A stretch of 64,000 nucleotides of DNA from a virus. The number at the start of each line of letters is the position of its first letter. The stretch's first letter is position 1. Location: IMG/VR virus record IMGVR_UViG_3300020204_000005. The stretch is one strand, 5' to 3'. The position numbers and the translations under genes are program-made. The notes below the pieces were generated by a model, which worked only from the letters and a program-made list of their open reading frames with translations, did not search any database and had not been told where the DNA came from. Shown piece after piece: positions 26,722-36,757 of the stretch.

Positions 26722-28935
26722 ATGAGAAATATTTTAGCACTTTTAACCTACCTAATTAGTTTTGTCGGTTTCGGACAATACTGTCCATATTTAGGTCCTG
26801 ACCAATTATTACCTTGCGGGTCCAACTCAACAACACTTACCGCGGACTTAACCCAATGTGGAGTTGGGGGTATTAATCCAAATCAAACAACAAATTATAA
26901 TGTAACAAATATACCTTACGTTGCTCAAGTAAATAACGGTACTAATTTAACAATGACCGATGATTCCCAACAGGGTCCGTTTAATATAGGTTTTAATTTT
27001 TGTTTTTTTGGTACGACGTATACTCAATTTTGGATAGGGTCTAACGGATGGATATCTTTTTCGCCAAACCAACCAACAACATTTACTTCTCAATCAATAC
27101 CAACAACTAATGGCTTAGTACCAAAAAATTGTATAATGGGTCCTTGGCAAGATTGGCACCCTGGAATTGGTGGTCAAATAAAATACCAAGTTCAAGGAGT
27201 TGCACCTTGTCGTAAATTAATTGTTAGTTGGGTTAATATGCCAATGTATTCATGTACTTCTAATCTTGGTACGTTTCACATTATAATTTATGAAACAACT
27301 AATATCATAGAAAATCACATTCAAAGTAAACCTGCATGTCTACAATGGCAAAATGGAACTTCTGTTGAGGGTATCCATAATTTAGCAGGTACAATTGGGA
27401 TAACAGTACCAGGAAGAAACTCAACCGCTTGGGTTGCACAAAATGATTCTTGGAGATGGACACCTTCAGGACCTGTAGTGACTCCGACATTAACTTGGTA
27501 TCAGGTTGGTAATCCTATACCAATAGGGACGGGTCCATCAATAACGGTTAACCCACCTGCCGCGGGAGCGAGTTACACCTGTCATTTTGTATATCCGACA
27601 TGTAATGCAGGATGGGTAACATGTAATGGTTCACTTGGTTTAGGTCCTGATACTGTATTAGTTGTTCCTGGTCCACCTAATTTACCTTTACCAACCATAA
27701 TATCTAATGAACCAACTTGTAACGGGTATTGTGATGGTAGTCTTATAATAACTCCGAATGGAGGTAATGGAGCTCAAACAATTTCATGGAATGGACCCCA
27801 ATCTGGATTCAATCCAAACAACCTATGTTCAGGGAATTATGTTTTTACTTTAACAGATGCTTTAGGGTGTACAATAACAAGTAACGTTACATTAATGGAC
27901 CCTCCACCACTAATTATAAACCCTATTGTTGGTGAGGATACTATATGTATTAATTCTATTAGTGATTTTTATAACACAACAAATTTAATTACGGGTTTAA
28001 ATTATGTTTGGTCAACAACCAACGGAATTATTAATAACGGACAAGGAACAAATCAGATTACTGTTGACGTTAATGGTACCCAATCAGGTTTTTACAATAA
28101 CATGATAACTGTATACGGTATTGACGGAAACGGATGTCAGTCTCAAACAGAACTAATCGATATAACTATTTTTAATCTTACACCTTTTATAAATCCTGTC
28201 GGTCCATTCTGTTCTTATGACGAATTTGTTACTTTAGAATCATCACCTATTGGTGGTTATTATACAGGAAATGGTGTTATAAATAATGATTTTTTTCCCA
28301 TAAATGCGGTTGGTAATAATCTTATAACGTATACTTACACACAAAGTGGATGTTTGTTTACAACAACCGAGACAATTATTGTTTACCCACAACCGATAAT
28401 TGAAACCTTAACACCGTCAAACCCATTTTTTGAAGTTTGTATGGGAGATTCGGTTAACATCAATTTTGAATTGACATCAAATCCTCAAGGAATTAATCAA
28501 TGGTCATTTATTGATAGTATTTATAATACCCAAGCATACAATCAAACTTTTAGTAGTGAAGGAACTTATATAATTTCAGTTACCACAACAACAAACGGAT
28601 GTATTTCTAACCCAGAACAAACTACAGTTATTATTGACGAATGCCCTGAAGAGTTGATATATATACCAAACTCATTCACACCTGATGGAGATGAACATAA
28701 CAATATATGGAAACCTGTATTTACATCAGGACTTGACCCATATGATTTTAGAATGGAAATCTATAATAGATGGGGAGAATTAATATGGGTTAGTGAAAAC
28801 CCTTTAGTTGGGTGGGACGGTACTTTTAATGGTAACTACTGTCAAGACGGTGTCTACTTATGGAAGTTAGAATTTGGTATACCCGAAAATGACGGAAGAA
28901 AAAAAATGTTTGGACATTTAACAACTTTTAGATAA
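26722..28935 (+). CDS. Secreted adhesin-like protein with type-B T9SS (gliding-motility-associated) C-terminal domain
   Basis: Signal peptide ending FGQ; SprB/PKD-like repeats; CTD IYIPNSFTPDGDEHNNIWKP...IYNRWGELIW...WDGTFNG...DGVYLWKL. Confidence 0.85.
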   Translation: MRNILALLTYLISFVGFGQYCPYLGPDQLLPCGSNSTTLTADLTQCGVGGINPNQTTNYNVTNIPYVAQVNNGTNLTMTDDSQQGPFNIGFNFCFFGTTYTQFWIGSNGWISFSPNQPTTFTSQSIPTTNGLVPKNCIMGPWQDWHPGIGGQIKYQVQGVAPCRKLIVSWVNMPMYSCTSNLGTFHIIIYETTNIIENHIQSKPACLQWQNGTSVEGIHNLAGTIGITVPGRNSTAWVAQNDSWRWTPSGPVVTPTLTWYQVGNPIPIGTGPSITVNPPAAGASYTCHFVYPTCNAGWVTCNGSLGLGPDTVLVVPGPPNLPLPTIISNEPTCNGYCDGSLIITPNGGNGAQTISWNGPQSGFNPNNLCSGNYVFTLTDALGCTITSNVTLMDPPPLIINPIVGEDTICINSISDFYNTTNLITGLNYVWSTTNGIINNGQGTNQITVDVNGTQSGFYNNMITVYGIDGNGCQSQTELIDITIFNLTPFINPVGPFCSYDEFVTLESSPIGGYYTGNGVINNDFFPINAVGNNLITYTYTQSGCLFTTTETIIVYPQPIIETLTPSNPFFEVCMGDSVNINFELTSNPQGINQWSFIDSIYNTQAYNQTFSSEGTYIISVTTTTNGCISNPEQTTVIIDECPEELIYIPNSFTPDGDEHNNIWKPVFTSGLDPYDFRMEIYNRWGELIWVSENPLVGWDGTFNGNYCQDGVYLWKLEFGIPENDGRKKMFGHLTTFR

Positions 28936-28941
28936 AACAAT

Positions 28942-28971
28942 AAACCCCATCCTGAAAAGGTGGGGTTTTTT
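28942..28971. terminator. Bidirectional terminator between the T9SS cargo gene and tmRNA
   Basis: AAACCCCATCC-tgaaa-AGGTGGGGTTTTTT. Confidence 0.75.
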
Positions 28972-28974
28972 AAT

Positions 28975-29372
28975 TGGTGGAGGTATGCGGAGTCGAACCG
29001 CGTCCTGCTCACATTACCTACTAAGGACTACACGCTTAGGTCAACATTTGAGCTAATGTTCCGAAATTTCACAATTCCCTTATTTTTAAAGTGGTTCGGT
29101 TTACTGAGAACTAATCCTCCACTTGTTCCTTTTCGGGTAGAAACCACACCTTTGTAAAGACTTCTGTTCCTGGGTTATATGTCCACCGACCCGAAGGTTT
29201 CGCTTAATCTGATTAAGCTACCGCCACTTCCTCAGTACGAACAAGTCCTACTGCAGAAAGTTTGTTGATAACGTTGCCGTTTATCGATTTTGAACCATTT
29301 TAACAAGGTTAGATTCATCCTTGACGTGCCCCGAGTAACTAACTATGACAGTCAATTTCCAAGGTTACCCCC
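28975..29372 (-). ncRNA. ssrA: tmRNA
   Basis: 5' GGGGGTA pairs with 3' TACCTCC-ACCA; T arm GCGG-TTCGACT-CCGC; tag ORF 29278-29213 GNVINKLSAVGLVRTEEVAVA*; TATATTTG promoter on the minus strand at 29397-29404. Confidence 0.9.
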
Positions 29373-29452
29373 ATATGTTAAAGAACTTTTGTTTTACAAA
29401 TATACAAAAAAAATCCTTATTATCAAATTTTTCAATATTTATTTGTATAAAT

Positions 29453-30838
29453 ATGTCAGAACAGGAAGAACTAAAAAATGATGCCTATAAAGGTAGTAAA
29501 ATCTTATATGAAGATGATAATATTATCTTCCTGAAATGTCTTTCCTATGAATCCGCAAAATATTTTGGACCTCCATTCTTATGGAAAAAATGGAACACTC
29601 ATAAATACGGTGACACTTTTATAGTTGTTGATAAAAAAGGTAACGATTGGTCCCCGACAAAATCTTATGTTATTAGTGTTAGTGATTATGGTACACATTA
29701 TTTAGATGATGAAGACCAAGAAATTAAAACATCAACTTTTTTTCATTGGTTCCCACAAATAGAAAACCTTGTTTATAAAACAATTCCAGCACAAAATATT
29801 TACCAAATTTTAAAAAAAATAAAAAATGGTGAAGAATACTCAAGTCACACATTAAATAGGTATGATGATTTAATTAGTGGTTTTCGTTTTAATAAAAATT
29901 CACCTGGTAAAAGTATGGTACAATTAACATTTGACTATAATGAAGATTATTTTAAATTATTTGACTTGGGTGAAGGTGATATTTGGTTTTTAAGAAATTT
30001 GTTTTCTTATTATGATAGTGATATGGGATTTTACCAATCTGATTATGCCTACGAAGATTGGGGGAATGGTTATTTATTGTATGAATTTAACGAAGAAAAT
30101 AGACGTAAAGTTTTGGAGATAATGTCATTTTTTAACCCAAATTTAAATAAAATGGAGGACTCAACAAACCCTCAAATTGCCAAATTACTAATTGGTACAT
30201 TCCAAAGACAAACTGAAAATATTGTTGATGATTACCAATCAGAAAAAGAATCGTGTATGTCAAGAACCGCTCAAAAAGAAATAACTGATGACTTAAAAGA
30301 TAAGTTTACTAATTATGGTATTTTTGAAAAAAATATGTTTAATAAATATGTGACAACGGTCAATGTTTTATTATCTCTTTATAAGAAATATGGAGACCAC
30401 GATTTAACAATACAGGAATTAATGAGTAAATTAGCTCATGAGTTTAGTGTTGGTCCTTATGAAGAATATATGTACGAGTATGGTTGTGATGATTTTGATA
30501 GTGAATCATTTAATAATTACGTATCAGGTCAACTAGATAAAATATTAGAAGAAATTGAGGAGAGCGACAGATTTAGTAATTTAGAAGAATTTAAAAAGGT
30601 TAGTAGCGAAGTCCGTAAAAATTACGACTTTGATAAATGGTACTCAACCCCAAAAGATAAATCCTTAAAATTCAATATTAGGTTTATAGACCCATTCACA
30701 AATAAAATTACAATAGTCACTCAAAGACAATTCGAATCCACTCAAAACAGGAATCTAACTCTTGATGAGTTTAATTCTTTTTTATATAATTTGGAATTAT
30801 TTGAAAGAAAATTTTTGAAATCCCGAAAAAAGTTGTAA
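29453..30838 (+). CDS. Hypothetical acidic/aromatic-rich protein
   Basis: Start moved to 29453 because the longer ORF overlaps the tmRNA and its promoter. Confidence 0.7.
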   Translation: MSEQEELKNDAYKGSKILYEDDNIIFLKCLSYESAKYFGPPFLWKKWNTHKYGDTFIVVDKKGNDWSPTKSYVISVSDYGTHYLDDEDQEIKTSTFFHWFPQIENLVYKTIPAQNIYQILKKIKNGEEYSSHTLNRYDDLISGFRFNKNSPGKSMVQLTFDYNEDYFKLFDLGEGDIWFLRNLFSYYDSDMGFYQSDYAYEDWGNGYLLYEFNEENRRKVLEIMSFFNPNLNKMEDSTNPQIAKLLIGTFQRQTENIVDDYQSEKESCMSRTAQKEITDDLKDKFTNYGIFEKNMFNKYVTTVNVLLSLYKKYGDHDLTIQELMSKLAHEFSVGPYEEYMYEYGCDDFDSESFNNYVSGQLDKILEEIEESDRFSNLEEFKKVSSEVRKNYDFDKWYSTPKDKSLKFNIRFIDPFTNKITIVTQRQFESTQNRNLTLDEFNSFLYNLELFERKFLKSRKKL

Positions 30839-30847
30839 CTTTGTAAT

Positions 30848-31675
30848 ATGCAAAGAGATTACGAATTATTAAAGAGTGTTTTGTCCGTTCCATCTAAAAC
30901 GTATCAAGAAGAACGTATGATTAAATTCCTAACCGAATGGTTAACGGAAAACAACTTCCCATTTTTTGTTGATAAAATGAACAACATCTATGTTACAAAA
31001 CAAACAGATGAAAATATTGAGTATTTTCCTTGTGTAGTTGCACATACGGATACCGTTCATAATATTGACACGATTAATATACGTGAAGGTAATTTACCAA
31101 ACGCTCAGAATGTTTTAAAACCCGCATTAAAGGCTTATAACAATGAAGGATTACCAACAGGTATTGGTGGTGATGACAAATGTGGTATATACGCTTGTTT
31201 AGAATTGTTAAAAGAAATACCGAATCTAAAAGCGGCTTTCTTTGTGTCTGAAGAAACAGGTTGCCATGGCTCAAGAAATGCCGATAAAGAATTCTTTGGT
31301 AATGTTGGTTACGTTATTGAATTTGATGCTCCTGGTAATTGGATGGTTAGCGAATATTGTATGGGAGTCCAATTATTTGAACGTGGTACCGAATTTTTTA
31401 AATCTTGTAATGAGGCTTTAACTGAGGGGTTCGAAAATCGACAAAAATACCAAGCACACCCGTATACTGATGTTTACGCTTTAAAACAGTTATTTGATTT
31501 TGCTTGTATCAATTTCTCTATTGGTTATTACAATTATCACACCCCTAATGAATATGTTGTTATTGAGGATGTTTACAGTGGTATCGAAACGGGTAAAAAA
31601 ATGATTGAGAGGTTAGGTAACACTAAACACACTTTCATTCCGAAACGAAAACAACAACAAACATTGTTTGGATAA
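30848..31675 (+). CDS. M20/M28-family zinc peptidase
   Basis: AHTDTVH, GIGGDDKCG, VSEETGCHGS, IEFD, YNYHT; TAACTTTG at 30836-30843. Confidence 0.85.
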   Translation: MQRDYELLKSVLSVPSKTYQEERMIKFLTEWLTENNFPFFVDKMNNIYVTKQTDENIEYFPCVVAHTDTVHNIDTINIREGNLPNAQNVLKPALKAYNNEGLPTGIGGDDKCGIYACLELLKEIPNLKAAFFVSEETGCHGSRNADKEFFGNVGYVIEFDAPGNWMVSEYCMGVQLFERGTEFFKSCNEALTEGFENRQKYQAHPYTDVYALKQLFDFACINFSIGYYNYHTPNEYVVIEDVYSGIETGKKMIERLGNTKHTFIPKRKQQQTLFG

Positions 31676-31687
31676 AAAAAAGGGGGA

Positions 31688-33730
31688 TTATTCATCCCCT
31701 TTTTTCTTTCTACCCTTTTTAACAGGTACTGTCTTTATTTTGATTTCTTTTTCTTCTACGTATAGAATATATTTTGTTTGTTCATTTATATTACCTTTTA
31801 ATACTTCTTCGGAAATAAAGTCCTCAATCTTATCTTGTATTGCTCTTTTAATAGGTCTTGCCCCGTAAGTTTCATCAAACCCAACTTCAGAGATTAAATC
31901 TAAAATAGTATCATCATAAGTAATCTGATATTTCAGATTAACCAACCTTTCAAATAATTTATCAAGTTCCAATTTAACTATCGATTTAACTTCATCCTTT
32001 TTAAGAGAATTAAAGATAACTATTTCATCAATCCTGTTTAAGAATTCAGGTGCAAAAAACTTCTGTAATTCCTTCTTCAACAAGTCTCGTTTATATTCCT
32101 CCTCAATATATGTATTGTTATTACTTTTAAATCCGACACCAGAACCAAAATCCTGTAATTTTTTAACTCCCAAATTAGATGTCATAATGATGACACAATT
32201 TTTAAAATTAATCTTTCTACCAAGACCATCAGTAATATGACCATCATCTAAAACTTGTAATAGTGATGAAAAAATATCTTTATTCGCCTTTTCAATCTCA
32301 TCAAATAAAATAACAGAGTACGGTTTATTTTTAACTTGTTCAGTTAGTTGTCCACCTTCATCATAACCTACATATCCTGGAGGTGCCCCGATTAATCTTG
32401 AAATCGTATGTTTCTCTTGAAACTCCGACATGTCAACTCGAATTAAATTTTCTTCACTACCAAATATTTCTTTTGCTAATTGTTTTGCCAAATATGTTTT
32501 ACCAACACCTGTGGACCCTAAGAAAATAAAAGAACCTATCGGTTTATTAGGGTCTTTAATACCTAATCTATTTCTTCTGATTGATTTTGCAATTTTAGAA
32601 ACCGCTTCAGATTGACCAATAACTTTATTACCTAAACTCTCTTCTAATTTAGTCAATGATTGAGTCTCATCAGAATTTAATTTTGAAATCGGAATTTTAG
32701 TCATGTTTGAAACTACTTCATAAACTAATTCGAGACTAACTTCTCGTTTTTGGTTTTGTAATTCAGATTCAAATTTTTTCTTTTCGGAGTCTAATTTATC
32801 TAAAATTCGTCTTTCTTTATCTCTTAAATTTGCAGCCTCTTCGTAGTTTTGTTTTTTTACAACTTCAATTTTTTCTAATTTAATATCCTGAGCTTGTAAT
32901 TTTAATTTTTCAATAATTTCAGGCATTTTTATATCAACTTGACTTCTTGCGCCAACCTCATCTATAATATCAAACGCTTTATCTGGAAATTCCCTATCTG
33001 TGATATACCGTTCAGCCAAATCAACACATAAGTTAAGTATTTCATCAGTATATGAGACTTTATGGTATGTCTCGTACTTGTCTTTTGCATGTTTTAAAAT
33101 CTCTAAAGTTTCTTGTTTTGTTGCAGAATCAACAATTACTTTTTGAAATCTCCTTTCTAATGCTCCGTCCTTCTCGAAATTTTTTCGATATTCATCAAGT
33201 GTTGTGGCACCAATACATTGTATTTCACCTCTCGCTAATGCGGGTTTAAATATATTTGACGCATCCAAGGAACCTGAAGAATTACCAGCACCAACTATTG
33301 TATGAATTTCATCTATGAATACAATAATATTTGAATTGTTTTGAAGTTCATCAATTATTACTTTCATTCTTTCCTCAAACTGACCTCGGTATTTTGTACC
33401 TGCAACAATTGAGGTCATATCTAATGATACAATTCTTTTATCAGTTAAGTTTCTTGGACATTCCCCATTGAATATCTTAATAGCTAATCCTTCGGCAATT
33501 GCAGTTTTACCACAACCTGGTTCGCCAATAATGATTGGGTTATTCTTTTTTCTTCTTGAAAGAATTTGTGCAATTCTTGTTATCTCACGTTCTCTACCAA
33601 TTACAGGGTCTAATTTACCTTCTTCCGCTAACTTTATTAAATCTCTACTAAAATTGTCCAAAACAGGTGTCGGGGAATTCTCGTTACCTTTACCTTTGTT
33701 TTGGTTACTACCATCCTTAGATTCTATCAT
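31688..33730 (-). CDS. clpC: ClpC-type Hsp100 ATPase lacking the N-terminal domain
   Basis: LDPVIGRE, GEPGCGKT, FIDEIH, UVR coiled coil, GSTGVGKT, VGF loop, GARPIKR. Confidence 0.9.
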   Translation of the reverse strand: MIESKDGSNQNKGKGNENSPTPVLDNFSRDLIKLAEEGKLDPVIGREREITRIAQILSRRKKNNPIIIGEPGCGKTAIAEGLAIKIFNGECPRNLTDKRIVSLDMTSIVAGTKYRGQFEERMKVIIDELQNNSNIIVFIDEIHTIVGAGNSSGSLDASNIFKPALARGEIQCIGATTLDEYRKNFEKDGALERRFQKVIVDSATKQETLEILKHAKDKYETYHKVSYTDEILNLCVDLAERYITDREFPDKAFDIIDEVGARSQVDIKMPEIIEKLKLQAQDIKLEKIEVVKKQNYEEAANLRDKERRILDKLDSEKKKFESELQNQKREVSLELVYEVVSNMTKIPISKLNSDETQSLTKLEESLGNKVIGQSEAVSKIAKSIRRNRLGIKDPNKPIGSFIFLGSTGVGKTYLAKQLAKEIFGSEENLIRVDMSEFQEKHTISRLIGAPPGYVGYDEGGQLTEQVKNKPYSVILFDEIEKANKDIFSSLLQVLDDGHITDGLGRKINFKNCVIIMTSNLGVKKLQDFGSGVGFKSNNNTYIEEEYKRDLLKKELQKFFAPEFLNRIDEIVIFNSLKKDEVKSIVKLELDKLFERLVNLKYQITYDDTILDLISEVGFDETYGARPIKRAIQDKIEDFISEEVLKGNINEQTKYILYVEEKEIKIKTVPVKKGRKKKGDE

Positions 33731-33800
33731 ACTAATACGTTTTCAAAAAATATAATATTTAATTTACTATTTTCAACTCAATTAAAATATATTTATGAAT

Positions 33801-34139
33801 ATGAGTATAAGGAAACATTATAGTAAATACGTTGAAACTTTAAAAGCCGATAATGACTTATTGGAGACTTATAGAGATTTAAGAAGAGCGTTTCAAAGAG
33901 AAGGGTGGACAGAGAAAGATTTACAAAATCCTCCTTATTATCCAAACGATATCATGAGAAATTTTCAAAATTTTAGTATCCTAAGAGATAAATTATTTTC
34001 TGAGTTAAGAAGTTTCTTTGATATTGACCATAATGAATTTGTAGATTATCTTCAAGATAAACTTAAAATAATAAATTTAGAAATACCATTAGAAGATGGC
34101 AATATTGAAAGAGGAAATCAAGGGGACGAAGATTATTAA
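33801..34139 (+). CDS. Hypothetical late protein
   Basis: ATATTTAT at 33789-33796. Confidence 0.65.
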   Translation: MSIRKHYSKYVETLKADNDLLETYRDLRRAFQREGWTEKDLQNPPYYPNDIMRNFQNFSILRDKLFSELRSFFDIDHNEFVDYLQDKLKIINLEIPLEDGNIERGNQGDEDY

Positions 34140-34338
34140 TGAAGTCCAATCATCAAATTTAGTTAAGACTGAATATGATACCGAAACAAAAAAATTGGTT
34201 GTTGAATTTAAAAACGGCTCTAAATACGAGTATGATGAAGTACCTCATCAAATTTATACTCAATTTAGATTATCCGAGTCACAAGGTAAATTTTTTACAA
34301 GCAAAATTTCAAAAACCTTTAAATACAAAAAATTATGA
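34096..34338 (+). CDS. KTSC domain protein
   Basis: VQSSNLVKTEYD...LVVEFKNGSKYEYDEVP...SESQGKFF. Confidence 0.9.
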   Translation: MAILKEEIKGTKIINEVQSSNLVKTEYDTETKKLVVEFKNGSKYEYDEVPHQIYTQFRLSESQGKFFTSKISKTFKYKKL

Positions 34339-34350
34339 TATTTATGGGTA

Positions 34351-36690
34351 ATGAGCAATTTACAATCTATCTTAAAAAGTTTTAATTTAAAAGACAATCT
34401 TAACCCAAAGATATGGGTTAATCCAAAATCTTCAAATACAAAAATGGTCCCTAAAGTTAGAGAGACCCTGTTAGAGATTGCTAATGATTTTATAGAATTT
34501 TTAGATGTTGATATTATAGTGTCTGATGTTGTAATGACAGGTTCATTGGCCAATTATAATTGGTCTAACTATTCTGATGTCGACATCCACATAATTGTTG
34601 ATTTTAGTCAATTTCCTGAAAATGTAAAAACTTTATACGAAGAGTTGTTCTACTTAAAAAAAGCAATTTACGGTAATAAACAAAATATTAAAATTTTTGG
34701 GTATGACGTTGAGCTTTATGTTGAGGATGAGAATATTGAAAAGGATGTAAAGAACATTGCAATCTACTCAATATTATATGATGAATGGAAAAGTTCACCT
34801 AAAAAAGATTTAGTTAATATTAATAAAACCAATGTAACTGAAAAAGCTAAACAATGGATGAGAATAATCGATGGTGTTGCGGAAAACATACAAGACGAGG
34901 ATATTGACACCGCAAAATCATTAATCAAAAAATACGTTAATAAAATCAGAAAATATAGAGAATGTGGTTTAGAGTCTGGTGGGGAATATTCTGATGAAAA
35001 TCTTGTATTTAAAATATTGAGAAGAAATGGTTACCTTGAGAAAATTAAAAGTATGAAAAATAAATTGGTCGATAAAAGATTATCCTTAAAAGAAGCGACG
35101 ACAACCATCGGTGGTAAATTTAAAGTAGACATTGAAAATGGTCCATCTAACCATGGTAAACGAGCCTTTGGTAATTGGCAATCGGATAATGCTTGGGATA
35201 TATTCGCCCCTGCAGGTACTGTGGTTAATTCATATACTGAAGGTACCGTAATAAAAATAAGGGACACAGGTAAAAATTCAGGTAAAGTATTTGGTACACA
35301 AGTCTCAATAACAGGGACTAATGGATATCCTGATATTTTTTATACTCACCTGAAGAATGTAAAATTACAAAAGGGCGATAAAGTTAAAGTGGGTGATGTT
35401 ATTGGGCTTATATCTGAATGGGTCGGTCATGATAATATGACTCACGTTCATATTGGATTACCAAGAGGAAAACATTTAAGAGATTTATTAAAGAATTCAG
35501 ATAAAATATTTGTTGGTTCTGCAGGTGGAAGTGGAAAAACTGTTCCACCACCATCAGACGATTCTTTACCATTAAAAAGAGATAGTGAGATAGATAAAAA
35601 AATAGTAGATTCTGCAAATGAATTGATTAAAGATAATTCTGAGTTTGCTAATACTAAAAAAGAAAATGTTATCACAACTTTAGAAAATGCCGAAGAAGGA
35701 AAAAATAAAATTTTAAGTGAGTTTTATAAATTAGTACAATCTAAAAAAGAACTCAAAAATCTTAAAGGTGTTGAATCAACAATCCCTGTTGACAGAGGAG
35801 TTGAATTACTTCAAATAGCACTACAGTTTTTAGGGTTCCTATTACCTAAATGGGGTGTTGATGGTAAATTTGGAAATGAAACTGAAATAGCGGTTAAAGA
35901 CTTCCAAAAGAAATACAAATTGGATGGGGATGGAACTATGTCAAGTGAAGACTTAACAAAATTATTTTCCATTTTAGTTTTAAAAGATTTTAACGATTCT
36001 AATATGTCATCAATTGAAAAAGATGAAGACCCAAATTTAACAAATGATTCTAAAGTGATGGGGAATGTTAAAATAGTTGGTAGTTATAATAGTTCACAAA
36101 AAAATATTATTTCATCATTAATTGATGAAATGAAAAGAGTGGGTATTACTGATTCTTACGCTCAAATAGGTATTTTATCGGTTATTGACAAAGAGAGTAA
36201 TTTTAAAAGTTTTAAAGAAGTTGGTTATTGTGGGACTTCAGATAGTAGAATTGTTAGTATCTTTGGTAACAAAAGAGGTAACATGTGTAAATCTCTTAAA
36301 TGTAATGACGCGAAATTTTTTGATTGTCTTTACGGATATAAATCAGGTTTAAGTTTAGGAAACGACCAACCTGGTGATGGATGGAAATATGTTGGTAGAG
36401 GTCTTAATGGTCTTACAGGTAAAGCAAATTATCGTAAATACGGTGGAATGGTTGGAGTGGATTTAGTATCTAATCCTGAGTTAATGGAAGACCCTAAAAT
36501 TGCTGCTAAAGTTGCAATTACATATTTTACTAAAGGTAAATCAGCAAGTTCTCTCCCTAAATTTAAATCAAAAGAAGATTCAGTTAACTACTTTGCGGAT
36601 TTAAATGCTGGTAGGAGGAACTCTTCATTTGGTAGAGGTGCTGCAATTGTGTCATCTAAAAAATTTGACGTAGATAATAATATCACCTAA
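34351..36690 (+). CDS. Multidomain protein: Pol-beta-type nucleotidyltransferase + M23 peptidase + PG-binding + GH19-like glycosidase
   Basis: TGSLANYNWSNYSDVDIH / DVELYVE; WDIFAPAGT...YTHL...HVHIG; LQIALQFLGF...GVDGKFGNETEIAVKDFQ; KES...YVGRGLNGLTGKANY. Confidence 0.8.
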   Translation: MSNLQSILKSFNLKDNLNPKIWVNPKSSNTKMVPKVRETLLEIANDFIEFLDVDIIVSDVVMTGSLANYNWSNYSDVDIHIIVDFSQFPENVKTLYEELFYLKKAIYGNKQNIKIFGYDVELYVEDENIEKDVKNIAIYSILYDEWKSSPKKDLVNINKTNVTEKAKQWMRIIDGVAENIQDEDIDTAKSLIKKYVNKIRKYRECGLESGGEYSDENLVFKILRRNGYLEKIKSMKNKLVDKRLSLKEATTTIGGKFKVDIENGPSNHGKRAFGNWQSDNAWDIFAPAGTVVNSYTEGTVIKIRDTGKNSGKVFGTQVSITGTNGYPDIFYTHLKNVKLQKGDKVKVGDVIGLISEWVGHDNMTHVHIGLPRGKHLRDLLKNSDKIFVGSAGGSGKTVPPPSDDSLPLKRDSEIDKKIVDSANELIKDNSEFANTKKENVITTLENAEEGKNKILSEFYKLVQSKKELKNLKGVESTIPVDRGVELLQIALQFLGFLLPKWGVDGKFGNETEIAVKDFQKKYKLDGDGTMSSEDLTKLFSILVLKDFNDSNMSSIEKDEDPNLTNDSKVMGNVKIVGSYNSSQKNIISSLIDEMKRVGITDSYAQIGILSVIDKESNFKSFKEVGYCGTSDSRIVSIFGNKRGNMCKSLKCNDAKFFDCLYGYKSGLSLGNDQPGDGWKYVGRGLNGLTGKANYRKYGGMVGVDLVSNPELMEDPKIAAKVAITYFTKGKSASSLPKFKSKEDSVNYFADLNAGRRNSSFGRGAAIVSSKKFDVDNNIT

Positions 36691-36757
36691 ATAAATCGAT
36701 AATTAAGTTAAACGATATATTTATAAATAAAATAATTTAAACAAAAACAAAAATAAA

